A stretch of 63,376 nucleotides of DNA, the filler included, from Octopus bimaculoides (lineage: Eukaryota): NCBI RefSeq assembly GCF_001194135.2. It is 4 parts of 4 records of this genome, joined end to end, with 100 filler letters (N's around TTAATTAATTAA, not from the genome) between each part and the next. Parts side by side here need not be neighbours in the genome. Positions count along the whole stretch, not along the records: positions 1 to 25,092 come from NC_069002.1; 3 more parts are not named here. One strand, 5' to 3'. The notes beneath the pieces are model-generated. The model searched no databases, was not told the origin of the DNA, and saw only the letters and a list, made by a program, of their open reading frames with translations. A program made the position numbers and the translations under genes. Positions 11,893 to 23,989 of this stretch are shown piece after piece (position 1 is the stretch's first letter; each line of letters begins with the position of its first letter).

Positions 11893-13052
11893 NNNNNNNN
11901 NNNNNNNNNNNNNNNNNNNNNNNNNNNNNNNNNNNNNNNNNNNNNNNNNNNNNNNNNNNNNNNNNNNNNNNNNNNNNNNNNNNNNNNNNNNNNNNNNNNN
12001 NNNNNNNNNNNNNNNNNNNNNNNNNNNNNNNNNNNNNNNNNNNNNNNNNNNNNNNNNNNNNNNNNNNNNNNNNNNNNNNNNNNNNNNNNNNNNNNNNNNN
12101 NNNNNNNNNNNNNNNNNNNNNNNNNNNNNNNNNNNNNNNNNNNNNNNNNNNNNNNNNNNNNNNNNNNNNNNNNNNNNNNNNNNNNNNNNNNNNNNNNNNN
12201 NNNNNNNNNNNNNNNNNNNNNNNNNNNNNNNNNNNNNNNNNNNNNNNNNNNNNNNNNNNNNNNNNNNNNNNNNNNNNNNNNNNNNNNNNNNNNNNNNNNN
12301 NNNNNNNNNNNNNNNNNNNNNNNNNNNNNNNNNNNNNNNNNNNNNNNNNNNNNNNNNNNNNNNNNNNNNNNNNNNNNNNNNNNNNNNNNNNNNNNNNNNN
12401 NNNNNNNNNNNNNNNNNNNNNNNNNNNNNNNNNNNNNNNNNNNNNNNNNNNNNNNNNNNNNNNNNNNNNNNNNNNNNNNNNNNNNNNNNNNNNNNNNNNN
12501 NNNNNNNNNNNNNNNNNNNNNNNNNNNNNNNNNNNNNNNNNNNNNNNNNNNNNNNNNNNNNNNNNNNNNNNNNNNNNNNNNNNNNNNNNNNNNNNNNNNN
12601 NNNNNNNNNNNNNNNNNNNNNNNNNNNNNNNNNNNNNNNNNNNNNNNNNNNNNNNNNNNNNNNNNNNNNNNNNNNNNNNNNNNNNNNNNNNNNNNNNNNN
12701 NNNNNNNNNNNNNNNNNNNNNNNNNNNNNNNNNNNNNNNNNNNNNNNNNNNNNNNNNNNNNNNNNNNNNNNNNNNNNNNNNNNNNNNNNNNNNNNNNNNN
12801 NNNNNNNNNNNNNNNNNNATATATATATATATATATATATAAATATATAACGAGAAAGAGAGAAAGAGGGAGAGATATATTGGTAAATAGATACAGAGGA
12901 ACAGAATGAGAGAGAGAAACAGCGTGAGAGAGATAGTAACATATATAGATAAGGGGATAGATACATAGATTGAACGATAGAAAGATAAATACGTGGATAT
13001 ACAGACAGACAGACAGAAAGAGAGACAGGCAGACATACAGACAGACAGACAT

Positions 13053-13112
<60 letters not shown>

Positions 13113-13169
13113 GTGGGTAGGTAGGTAAAAATAAAGACACAAATAAATAAATAGAAAGGTAGAAAGATA

Positions 13170-13730
13170 GACAGGCTCGGAAGTGGATTTGTGATGAAGA
13201 AACTCGCCTGACAACTACTTGGTTTCCAGTTTTGTCCAAAAACGTAGCATCTTGAGTCTACTGTTTCCTATAGCCCTGGACCGAGTAATGCTATTTACTA
13301 CCACAACATTCTCCACAAGTACAAACACCACCACCACTACTACCAACATCACCAAATCAGCCGGTGGCACATCCCCCACCAAATCCACCACCACAACCCC
13401 CACTGACAGGATCAATACTATCTTCACCATCATCAACAACTTCAACAACATATGAACACCACCAACAGACCCCTATTAAGAATGCCAAAACTAGTTGTGT
13501 CTAAACTGGTCCCAACCAATCGTAACTGTTCCGTCACTGCTCCTTGTCTGTCGTCATCCCTATTTTACCCCATCCCACATCCTGTCGCCTCCCCTAAATG
13601 CATCCTCTAATCCATCATTCCCAGAACTCTATAAAAAAAACCTATGGAATTCCCCTCTCAATGCCAACATTTTTTTCCTCCAGAAATCCGTCTCCAGATG
13701 TTCAAGATGTCAGTCAACTTCCAGATGTTT
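13170..13730 (+). pseudogene. Decayed L2-clade (Daphne-like) LINE ORF2 C-terminus, interrupted by CAC-rich repeat
   Basis: Frameshifted pieces SKNVAS, KLVP, RHPYF, NPSFP, NLWNS, FPPEIRLQMFKMSVN follow the recalled L2 order RRNVAS..LVP..HPY..NSFFP..LWNSLP..FP..LQ.FK..VN. Confidence 0.5.
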
Positions 13731-14387
13731 GAACTGAAACACCAACTGAACCACATGCACTGGTCACTGTATCTGCAAGAAATAGCAGTCAAAGCACCTT
13801 CTTGTCAAACTCCGTCGGGAAGGACACATCGTAATAAGTGAAGGACAAATGCAGATGGTAGGAATATATTAGATCACGTGTCTTCGCGACCAAGTGTGAG
13901 ACATCAGAGAACTCGCTACGAAATTGACCGATATGTTAGAAATAACAACCGAAGCACATTAAGACATACTCTTCCCAGAAGAACACATCAGATGAAGGTG
14001 CAAGCATACTCTCATCACCATAATAAGAAGGTGTGGTTGGAGTACGAATATTTTAGATCATGGGTCTGCTTGACAAAGCGTCATTCATTGGTGAACTCGC
14101 TATGTGATATTAGAAATAGCAACGAAATATCTCTCAAATTGTAATCCAACAATTAAAACAAAGGCAAATTCAATACGTCCGAGTAAACGATAAAATGCTG
14201 ATACAAACAAGATATAAACTCGGAGTTGCAACGGACATAAGGCTCAAGTTATACATGACACGCAATTTGATGTTTTGAGTACCCTTTCTCTCATTTTTCA
14301 CAAGAATACACATGCACACGTAGACAGACATGAATGCGAGCACATCCACGTGCTCATATATATACATACATATACATACAAACATAC

Positions 14388-14431
<44 letters not shown>

Positions 14432-14459
14432 TTATACATACATAGTTGAAATTTACATA

Positions 14460-14635
14460 AAAAAAGACGAAGACAGGTGAATAATAAAAAAAGCAGGTGT
14501 ATTAGTTTGACGCTCGAGTAAGTGAGAAAGTCTTTTACATTTCGAGCCAACGCTCTTCAGCAGAAAGGAACTCGTGGAAATAAACAGAGGCAGAATTAAA
14601 AAACAAAACTTGTGGATTTAGCGGTCAATCATGGC
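14460..14635 (-). mobile_element. Penelope-like element terminal-repeat fragment, copy 2
   Basis: Homologous to 2239-2445; (TA)n nearby on the same side. Confidence 0.6.
14532..14567 (-). ncRNA. Minimal type-I hammerhead ribozyme-like motif (A6 replaced by C)
   Basis: Minus strand reads CUUU-CUGCUGA-A-GAGC(GUUG)GCUC-GAA-AUGU-A-AAAG: 4-bp stem I, 4-bp stem II, GUA triplet. ACGU to AUGU is consistent with CpG decay. Confidence 0.55.
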
Positions 14636-14861
14636 GAAGAATCACATATGATGATGCACTCCGAGTATCGACGGAGAAAACTTCAGTTTGCGACGTATAA
14701 GTATATTCGTGTGTATAATTAACTCCCTACCTAACCGCAGGTTCACACACTCTGCGATCCTTTATTCGGTAATACACACACGCACACACACACACACATA
14801 CAAATAAACACACAATATGCATACATATATACATATTTACGTACAAACACACACGCAGATG

Positions 14862-14925
<64 letters not shown>

Positions 14926-15458
14926 TATACATACACGGAGACATATTTATGTAAGTAGGTAAGTATATAAGAATGTATGTAATATATAGGTATATATGTG
15001 TATATAGTTACGTAGATATCCAGGTAGAATAATAGATATATAAAGAGTGACAGAGTGAAAGAGAGAGACGAAGGTAGAGAGAGAGGGAGGGATTGTGTGC
15101 GTAAGACAGAGAGAAAGAAAGAGAGAGTATGGAAGGGAGAGAGTGTGTGTATGTGTAAGAGAGAAAAAGAGAGAGCGAGGCAGGTAGAGAGAGAGAGAGA
15201 GTAAGAGAGAAAGAAAGAGAGAGAGAGTAAGAGAGAAAGAAAGAGAGAGAGAGTGAGAGGAAGAGAGTTGGTTGTTTTATTTGTGCCAACATGACTTTTA
15301 TCTTCTATTGATTCTTACTTTATCATACACACACACACGTATATATATACATGTACGTATACCTATATATATATATATATATATATACGTGTGTGCGTGT
15401 GTGTGTGTTCATTTAAATATATGCATTTATAAATGTGTAAGTATATATGTGTATATAT

Positions 15459-15509
<51 letters not shown>

Positions 15510-16294
15510 AAACTATGTAAGTCTATTNNNNNNNNNNNNNNNNNNNNNNNNNNNNNNNNNNNNNNNNNNNNNNNNNNNNNNNNNNNNNNNNNNNNNNNNN
15601 NNNNNNNNNNNNNNNNNNNNNNNNNNNNNNNNNNNNNNNNNNNNNNNNNNNNNNNNNNNNNNNNNNNNNNNNNNNNNNNNNNNNNNNNNNNNNNNNNNNN
15701 NNNNNNNNNNNNNNNNNNNNNNNNNNNNNNNNNNNNNNNNNNNNNNNNNNNNNNNNNNNNNNNNNNNNNNNNNNNNNNNNNNNNNNNNNNNNNNNNNNNN
15801 NNNNNNNNNNNNNNNNNNNNNNNNNNNNNNNNNNNNNNNNNNNNNNNNNNNNNNNNNNNNNNNNNNNNNNNNNNNNNNNNNNNNNNNNNNNNNNNNNNNN
15901 NNNNNNNNNNNNNNNNNNNNNNNNNNNNNNNNNNNNNNNNNNNNNNNNNNNNNNNNNNNNNNNNNNNNNNNNNNNNNNNNNNNNNNNNNNNNNNNNNNNN
16001 NNNNNNNNNNNNNNNNNNNNNNNNNNNNNNNNNNNNNNNNNNNNNNNNNNNNNNNNNNNNNNNNNNNNNNNNNNNNNNNNNNNNNNNNNNNNNNNNNNNN
16101 NNNNNNNNNNNNNNNNNNNNNNNNNNNNNNNNNNNNNNNNNNNNNNNNNNNNNNNNNNNNNNNNNNNNNNNNNNNNNNNNNNNNNNNNNNNNNNNNNNNN
16201 NNNNNNNNNNNNNNNNNNNNNNNNNNNNNNNNNNNNNNNNNNNNNNNNNNNNNNNNNNNNNNNNNNNNNNNNNNNNNNNNNNNNNNNNNNNNNN

Positions 16295-16340
<46 letters not shown>

Positions 16341-17560
16341 AAACTATGTAAGTCTATTTATATCTATATATGTGCGTAGCTTATGTATCTATACATAGAC
16401 ATTCTAACATTGGTGTAATTGAATAACTAATCTTGGACCTCTTCATTACTCCGAGTTCTGTAGACAATCGAACAACGTGTCGAATCGCTCAGATATTTGC
16501 TATAAGTGAATTATTAGCCTCATATGACTTGAAAAGCATATCCGTACTTGTTGTTGTTACTCTTCATTACCATTGACCAAAGAAAGGTACATAATATCGT
16601 AAGCTGCTGTTTTGAGGCACGGATAATATTACCACAATTTAAGGGAGGAAATCCAGCCATGACTATCGTCAATTAGCAATACGAATTTGCTTATCTTCGT
16701 CGTACCCTAACCCTTTCTTGTAATCATTCACGGGTGTCGTTATCGGGATCAAATGCACCACATTGACGGAAATCGAACATCACCACATGTATCTGTTAAG
16801 GGATACAGTGCATACAATTTCTCTGACAAGCAATGTCTGCAGTTGTGTCCTAGGCTTTGGTTTCTAAACTTCCACATAAGGAAGGACATAACGTTGCAGG
16901 ACTATTTTATCTCTACACTGAAAGGGTTTCCAATGTTGGAAATATCCTTGAACTATCTTGAACTTACTCATGGTGAGCACTGTATATTGTCTCTGGTACC
17001 AATCAGACGGAGCGAATGCTCCTCTTTATGACACATCTTTCAGAAAAAGATAATCCACTGAACGGATCAGTGGCTTGGCGTCCACATCAAGTTGGTGGAG
17101 AGGGAGACGGTGTTGCTGCATATGTTTTCGGTCGTAGTTTTTGATGGTAGAAACGATATTGTCTAGACATTATCGTTTTTAGCATCATCAATACAGCATC
17201 ATGATGCTAATAATAATATATATACATATATACACAAAGAAGGTAGGAGAATTCTCAGAAATTACTTATAGGAACAAGAGATACGTTTTTGCCAATGTTT
17301 GCAACGATAAGTGCGTTTTTGTGGCGTATTCACAGAAGAATTCTCCGAGAACAGAATGAGGGAAGTATAAAGAATAGACTAAAATCTGCGTTTAACTCCA
17401 TTTCTTAATTTATCTATGTCTTATAAAAACATTTCACTAAACCCTGGAATTTCTACCTTTATAAGTAGGCTGTAACATCCTTGGTACATACGTGAATTTT
17501 TGCTACCCTGGTAACTATTTATTTATTTTTTCCTTGTTATTTGTACACATTGAAAAAAAT

Positions 17561-17633
<73 letters not shown>

Positions 17634-17727
17634 TTTCTAAGTATCTGTATTGCTGTCTTTATTATCGCCATCTCTTTTTCCCATTTTGTTTTTTAATAAG
17701 ATAAATGATTTCAGTTTTAGTAACGGA

Positions 17728-17880
17728 GAAACTTTTAATAGACTCATCTCAAACATGTCGCTAACAATTTATCATAAGTGGACACATATTTAGTGATAAT
17801 GATGGTCAATAGAGGTAGCGGCGATAATGAGAACTGACCAATGAAGGGGAACGACGATGATGAACAGTCTGATAGTGTTG
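17728..17880 (+). repeat. 153-bp direct repeat, copy 1
   Basis: Matches 18687-18839 with 7 substitutions and no indels. Confidence 0.9.
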
Positions 17881-18378
17881 GCGATGGTGTTGTTGTTTTT
17901 GTTGTTGTTTTTGTTGTTGTTGTTGATGGTGGTGGTGATGATGATGAAGACGACGATGTTGAAGATGATAACGATGATGATGATGATGATGATGATGTGG
18001 CGGTGATGGAGTGCTTTCTTGTGTTGGGATGTGATGGTGGTGGTGGTGGTAGTGGTGGTGGTGTTTGTAACTGTGATGAAAGCTATGTTGCTGCTGCTGC
18101 TGATGATGATGACGCTAATGGTTATGAGGGTAATGACGACGAAGACAACGATGATGATGCAATTAGTGGTGGTGATTGTGACGATGAGGAGGAGAAAGAC
18201 TGAGAGGAAGAAAGAAAGGAAGACAGGAATAAAGAAAGAAAAAAGAAAGAAAGAAAGAAAGAAAGAAGGAAGGAAAGAAAAAAGAAAGAAAGAAAGAAAG
18301 AAAGAAGGAAGGAAAGAAAGAACGAAAGACAGGCAGAAAGAAATAATGAAAATAAAAATAAAAATATTAATAATAATA

Positions 18379-18965
18379 ATGACTTGCTTGTTTGACCTTA
18401 ACCATTTGAGCAAGTCCCTATGTGGCTGACGATATGTACATCTCTGATCACGAGCAGGAGTAGTTGGGGAGCATCATAACCATGTGTTGAGAGGAATTCT
18501 TTGGGGTTTGATTAATTCACCTCTAGAAACATGGGTGTTTCGTTCAACATCCTTGAACAATCCTTATTCCGGGACCTTTTGAGTGGGACGGGCTACTCAA
18601 CCTGAAGGAAATTCTAACTAGGCCCCACTTGGAAGGTCATGCGTTGTTTATCTGGATATGAGATTACCATGTCGATCACATGAGTTGAAACTTTTAATAG
18701 ACTCGTCTCAAACATGTCGCTAACAATTTATCATAAGTGGACGCATACTTAGTGATAATGATGGTTAATAGAGGTAGCGGCGATAATGAGAACTGACCAA
18801 TGAAGTGGAACGGCGATGATGAACAGTCTGATGGTGTTGTTGTTGTTGTTGTTCTATGTACTTGGCGCACCCTTATCAGACGGGCAAGCATGGTGGGTAT
18901 ATTGAGCTTCGTATAACTGTACCCAAGTGTCACTCTAATGGCATTCACTGCTCTTTCACTCAGTA
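18379..18965 (+). mobile_element. Non-coding interspersed repeat flanked by (TAA)n on both sides (probable LINE 3' UTR), split by the 153-bp duplicate
   Basis: (TAA)n at 18366-18378 and 18968-19011. That 18379-18686 and about 18855-18965 are halves of one element is recall of an octopus repeat and is not verifiable in-window. Confidence 0.45.
18687..18839 (+). repeat. 153-bp direct repeat, copy 2
   Basis: About 95% identical to 17728-17880. Confidence 0.9.
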
Positions 18966-18970
18966 ACAAC

Positions 18971-19013
<43 letters not shown>

Positions 19014-19131
19014 CTTTTCTTTTTTCGTTCCCAAATTTCCCGCCTGTCTCTTTTATTTTCTTTCTTTCCTGCTTCCTTCTTTTCTTCCTTCCTTTTCTTT
19101 TTTCCATTTCCTTTTCCCTTCTTTTTTTCTT

Positions 19132-19167
<36 letters not shown>

Positions 19168-19724
19168 TCCTTCTCCCTTCGTTTCTTTCTTCCTTCCTTT
19201 TCTTTCCTCCATTTCCTTTCCCCCTTCTTTCTATCTTTCTTTCTTTCTTTTCCTTCCTCCTTCATCTATTTATTTATTTATTCATTTGCGCCCACCTCTC
19301 ATTTCTCTCCTTCATTTTTTTCTTTATTTCTTTACATTTTAATTCCTTCATGTTTTCTTCATTTTCTTCTCTTTTTTCCTTCCTTTCTATCTTCCCTACT
19401 CACATCCTTCCTACTTTCTTCCATTACTTCATCTCTTTCTTCGAACTTCCATTCCTTCCGTCCTTCTCTACTCAATCTTTTCTCTTTTCTTTTTTCCATC
19501 ACCATCATATTTTCTTTTTTTTTTCCCTCGCCATCTTGCGTTAATCTCCGTTGATAACTTACTCCATTAGCAATTTATCAACATTGCTAAAAACAGCGCT
19601 AATATAACTAATACAACTCTTTGAAGCGATATTTTCTCTTCGGCAATGAACAGTTTCTTCTTGGTATCCACGACAACTATTCGTTAAAAGAATTCTCATA
19701 CCAGTTAATATTTATAAAGTATAC

Positions 19725-19937
19725 AAGGCGGTGAGCAGGCAGAATCGTTAGCACGCCAGGTGAATGCTAAGTGACATTTCATCTGCCTTTGCGTTCTGAA
19801 GTCAAATTCCGCCTAGATCAACCTTGCTTTTCATCCTTTCGGGGTCGACAAATTAGGTACCAGTGAAAAACTGGGTCGATGTAATCGACTAGTCTCCTCT
19901 CCCCCAATTTCAGGCCTTTGTGCCTTTAGTAGAAAGG

Positions 19938-19988
<51 letters not shown>

Positions 19989-19990
19989 TA
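19725..19990 (+). mobile_element. SINE family B, full length with (ATT)n tail
   Basis: GGCGGTGAGCAGGCAGAATCGTTAG A-box region, GAAGTCAAATTCC B-box, CATCCTTTCGGGGTCGAC core, GGCCTTTGTGCC..AGAAAGGATTATT tail. Confidence 0.85.
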
Positions 19991-20071
19991 TCAGAAGTAA
20001 CAGAATGCCTCAGGTCCGAGCGTTTCGTGTTTGTGTGTATGTATGTACGTATGCATTTGTATGTATATAAA

Positions 20072-20130
<59 letters not shown>

Positions 20131-20520
20131 ATCACTGATTCGTGTCTAGACTTGGGTAAAATTTAAGATTCAATTTTTAGAAATACCTTACGGAAGAACA
20201 GGATATAAAAATCGATATAATTGAAAGCGGGAGTAAGTGATTTGGACGCAGTTTCTCTTTTTATATCATATTGACTTGTATGAGCCGAAACAAAATATGA
20301 ATAAACAAATAAAATATATATATATTTTTTAATTTTTAATATTGTAAAAGGGATTTTTATTTCGATTTTTCTGTATCTTTCTTTTTCTATGCGTCCCTTA
20401 TATCAGTTGAGTACATTTACAACATTCTTCTCATAATTCCTTTCGCATTCTAGAATGTCTTCTAAGAATATTAAATCGATCATAGTTTTTGACTGGTTTT
20501 ATCATTCTATCGACCTTTAC

Positions 20521-20750
20521 AAGGCGACGAAGTGGTTGAATCGTTACAACCCCGGACAAAATGCTTCCTGGCACGTGACCTAGTTCTTTACATTCTGAGT
20601 TCAAATATCACCAATTCGCCTTCTACTTTTATTTATTTGTTTTGCGGTGGGGGTCGTTAAAATAAGTGCCAGTGGAGTACTGGAGTTGACTAGCCCCCTT
20701 ACCCAAAATTTCAGGTTTTGTGCTTCTAGTAGAACGGATTATTATAATTA
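20521..20750 (+). mobile_element. SINE family B (diverged)
   Basis: AAGGCGACG..GAATCGTTA..GAGTTCAAAT..AGTAGAACGGATTAT. Confidence 0.7.
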
Positions 20751-20814
20751 GGAAACCAAATAACGCAATCGATTTCTCCGGCGCTCTAACGACTCATTTC
20801 TTGACATTTCTTTC

Positions 20815-21100
20815 TGCTATGTTTTGAATTTTTATCATGACTGTGGCCTTGCTAGAGCAAGACTAGTACTCATTCTATCGGTACTCGAGGACGTAAACAA
20901 ACGAAGACATGCTGACAGACGCTGGCGGGGTACAGAGAAATTAGACAGGCACACACACACACACACACATATACGACAGGCTTCCATACAGTTTCCATCT
21001 ACCAAATTCAACCACAAGCCATTGGTCTGCTCGGAGTTACATTAGAATACACTTACGCAAGATGTCGCGCTGTGGAACTGAACCGAAAACCGTGTTGTTG
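20815..21100 (-). mobile_element. SINE family A (diverged, internal CA repeat)
   Basis: Reverse complement of the tail, internal (CA)n and head (CAGTTTCCATCTACCAAAT..GGAACTGAACCG). Confidence 0.75.
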
Positions 21101-21159
21101 CGCCTACATGTTTTCTATTTTTCAGTTTTCTAAAAATAACATTGAGTGTTGCAATTGAA

Positions 21160-21690
21160 GAATATTTGCTTAGCGGTATTTTCTTCTGCAGTTACGTTCT
21201 GAGTTCAAATTCCGCCGAGGTCGACTTTGCCTTTCATCCTTTCAGACGTCGATTAAATAAGTACCAGTTACCCACTGAAGTCGATATAATCGACTTAATC
21301 CGTTTGTCTGTCTCTGTGTGTAGCCCGTTGTGGGCAGTAAAGAAATAAGAAACATAGCACGCCGGTTCTGATTTCAAATTCCGCTGAGTTCGACATTGCT
21401 TTCATCCTTTTGGGGTTGATAAATTAAATACCAGTTGCATATTGGGGTCGATCTAATCCACTGTACCTAGAGCAAAAAAGAATCGTTAGCAAGCCGGACA
21501 AAATGCGTAGCGGCATTTCGTCCGTCTCTAAAGATCTGAGTTAAAATTCCGCCGAGATCGACTTTACATCTCCTTATTTTCGGAGTCGATAAAACAAGTA
21601 CCAGCTTGTAACCGACGTAACCGTCGACGTTATCGTCTTACCCACTTACCCGAATTTGCCGGCCTTGTGCCAACATTTGAAAGCCAGTAC
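21160..21690 (+). mobile_element. Head-to-tail cluster of three family B SINE copies
   Basis: The core TTCAAATTCCGC.GAG.TCGAC..GTCGAT..AA.TACCAG recurs at about 21200, 21370 and 21540. Confidence 0.8.
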
Positions 21691-21787
21691 CTTCCTTTCG
21701 ATTCGAACTTGTAAATTCTGCCATCCCTAATCAATTCCTTATGGAAATGAATGCACCTCAAGGCTCTGACTCTCTTTCTGTGACATA

Positions 21788-22173
21788 TGTTGTTGGCACT
21801 CCGTCGCTTACGACGTCGAGGGTTCCAGGTGATCCGATCAACGGAACAGTCTGCTCGTGAAATTAACATGCAAGTGACTGAGCACTCCACAGACACGTGT
21901 ACCCTTAACGTAGTTCTCGGGGATATTCAGCGTGATACAGTGTGACAAGGCTAGCCCTTTGAATTACAGGCACAACAGAAACAGGAAGTGAGAGTGAGAG
22001 AAAGTTGTAGTGAAAGAGTACAGCAGGGTTCGCCACCATCCCCTGCCAGAGCCTCGTGGAGCTTTAGGTGTTTTCGCTCAATAAACACTCACAACGCCCG
22101 GTCTGGGAATCGAAACCGCGATCCTTTGATCGCGAGTTCGCTGCCCTAACCACTGGGCCATTGCGCCTCCCCT
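21788..22173 (-). mobile_element. SINE family C, full length, with TSD
   Basis: Minus strand has GGAGGCGCAATGGCCCAGTGG (A box), GGTTTCGATTCC (B box) and a (CAA)n tail. Flanking direct repeat CTGTGAC[A/G]TA at 21778-21787 and 22174-22183. Near-identical to 44240-44632. Confidence 0.92.
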
Positions 22174-23129
22174 CTGTGACGTATACTCACACAGTAAAAG
22201 CCTTCATCGTTCATCCACCAACATTACATTAAAGGTTAGCGACCGTTTAATTCGGTTCCTCATACGGTTTGTATGATACGTTGAGCTATTAGTTTCGGCA
22301 ATTCACAGAGTGTTTTTTTTTTATCTTCTATATTTCAGTATTTTTTTTTCTTTTTGGTATGTGTATGTGTATGTGTGGGGGGCGATAATCTCTCATTAAA
22401 TGTTGGTTGTTATTCACCTTATATTTAATGACAGTATACCAATGTTCGATGGTTCTTCGTAATCTGTCTCCTTTTTTTTCTCCCCCTCTTTTACTTTCTT
22501 GCTTTCTTTGTGCTGATAGTTCCTGTTTTATTCCGATCAATCACAGTCGATCCTAATTGATGTAAGGAATGGTAACTGCAGCACAATACAGTATCTCATT
22601 CAATATCCATAAATTTTCCATCTGTATTTCCCCACGTTTGTCATCGAATAACAGAATACCATTATCGATTATTCCTAACATTAAATCACTTCGTTTCCCC
22701 ACCGATTCTTCTTGTAAATCTCTCTTCTTTCTCCCCCCCCCCTTTTTTTCCCCCGTTTCTCTCGCTTCTCTAATGGTCGAGCGTTAAACAAGCTAAATTT
22801 CTCCATGGACAAGGCGGACGGCCGACCATTTTTTCTTCTTTTTTCCCCCACACTTTTCTTCTTTTTTTATTATCAAGCTAGAAAAGTGGGCGGCAAAGTG
22901 ACCGAATAGGTAGAGCACCGAGGCAAGTAGCAGGAAATATTTACTTAAATGTCGGTTTCTCTTTTATGTTCTGAGTTCGAATCGTACCAAAATCAACTGT
23001 GCTTTCATACTTTCAAGATTCTTTGAAATAAAAATACTAGACAAGTCTTGGAGTCGTGTAATCCTGGAATTCCTTTTCTTCAAATATATGGCAAAGCTGG
23101 TGGAATAATGAGAAAATAGCCTTTTCGTT

Positions 23130-23383
23130 TTAATTGTTTCACTCATTGGATTGCGGCCATACTAGAGCACTGCATTGAAGTGTTTAGTCAGATAAATTAA
23201 TCTCAGTAATTATTTATTTTTTGAGACTGCTAATTCTATGGATTCCTTGTGCTGAACCGCAAGTTTATGGAGACATAAACAAACCACGGTCGGCTGTCGA
23301 CTGGTGATAGGAAGGAAACAACACAAAGATATATACATACCTACACACACATATATATATATTTACAAGTATGTATGTATATG

Positions 23384-23435
<52 letters not shown>

Positions 23436-23760
23436 TTTACTTGTTTTAGTCACTTGGCTGTAGCCATGCTGGAGCCCCTAGAATTTATTCGTCCGTAGGA
23501 CTTATTCTTTGGAAGCCTAGTACTTATTCAACCGTTCTCTTTTGCCGAAACGCTATGTTACGGGGACGTAAACACATCAACATCGGTTATCAAGACATAG
23601 TGGGGGACAAGCTCAGACACACACGAATACATACATACGTCTACCAAATCCACTCTCAACGTTTCGGCCAGCCCGCGAGTATAGTAAAAGACACTTGCCC
23701 AGGGTGCCACGTAGTGGAATTCAGTATGATGTGGCTGCTATTTCTAGCGGGCTTATCAAC
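23130..23760 (-). mobile_element. Two family A SINE copies (partial)
   Basis: Tail motifs at about 23140 and 23435; head remnant at about 23640-23740. Confidence 0.7.
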
Positions 23761-23989
23761 CGTATAGACTTTATATGGACCCTGCGGTTCTGTATAAGAT
23801 TTTGTTGTTGAAATTTATGCGCAATAAATGGCTTATATTTCTACAATATACAAAATATTAAGATTTCTTTTATAAAATTCCTAATAATATATAGTTGCAC
23901 CCCTGCCCCCCCCCCCCNNNNNNNNNNNNNNNNNNNNNNNNNNNNNNNNNNNNNNNNNNNNNAAAAAAAAAACAGTAGGTTCTTTTACA

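Noticed and set aside
9925-13239. Very long ORFs in the track (300-470 aa) here and at 27984, 42437 and 49780
   Set aside because: Made of N runs and microsatellites.
15497-16358. Same 31-mer on both sides of a gap
   Set aside because: Typical contig-overlap or collapsed-repeat artefact.
16750-17110. Faint minus-strand resemblance to the Tc1/mariner WPPxSPDLNPxD motif (WTPS..VDYLF)
   Set aside because: Needs frameshifts and has too few identities to call by eye.
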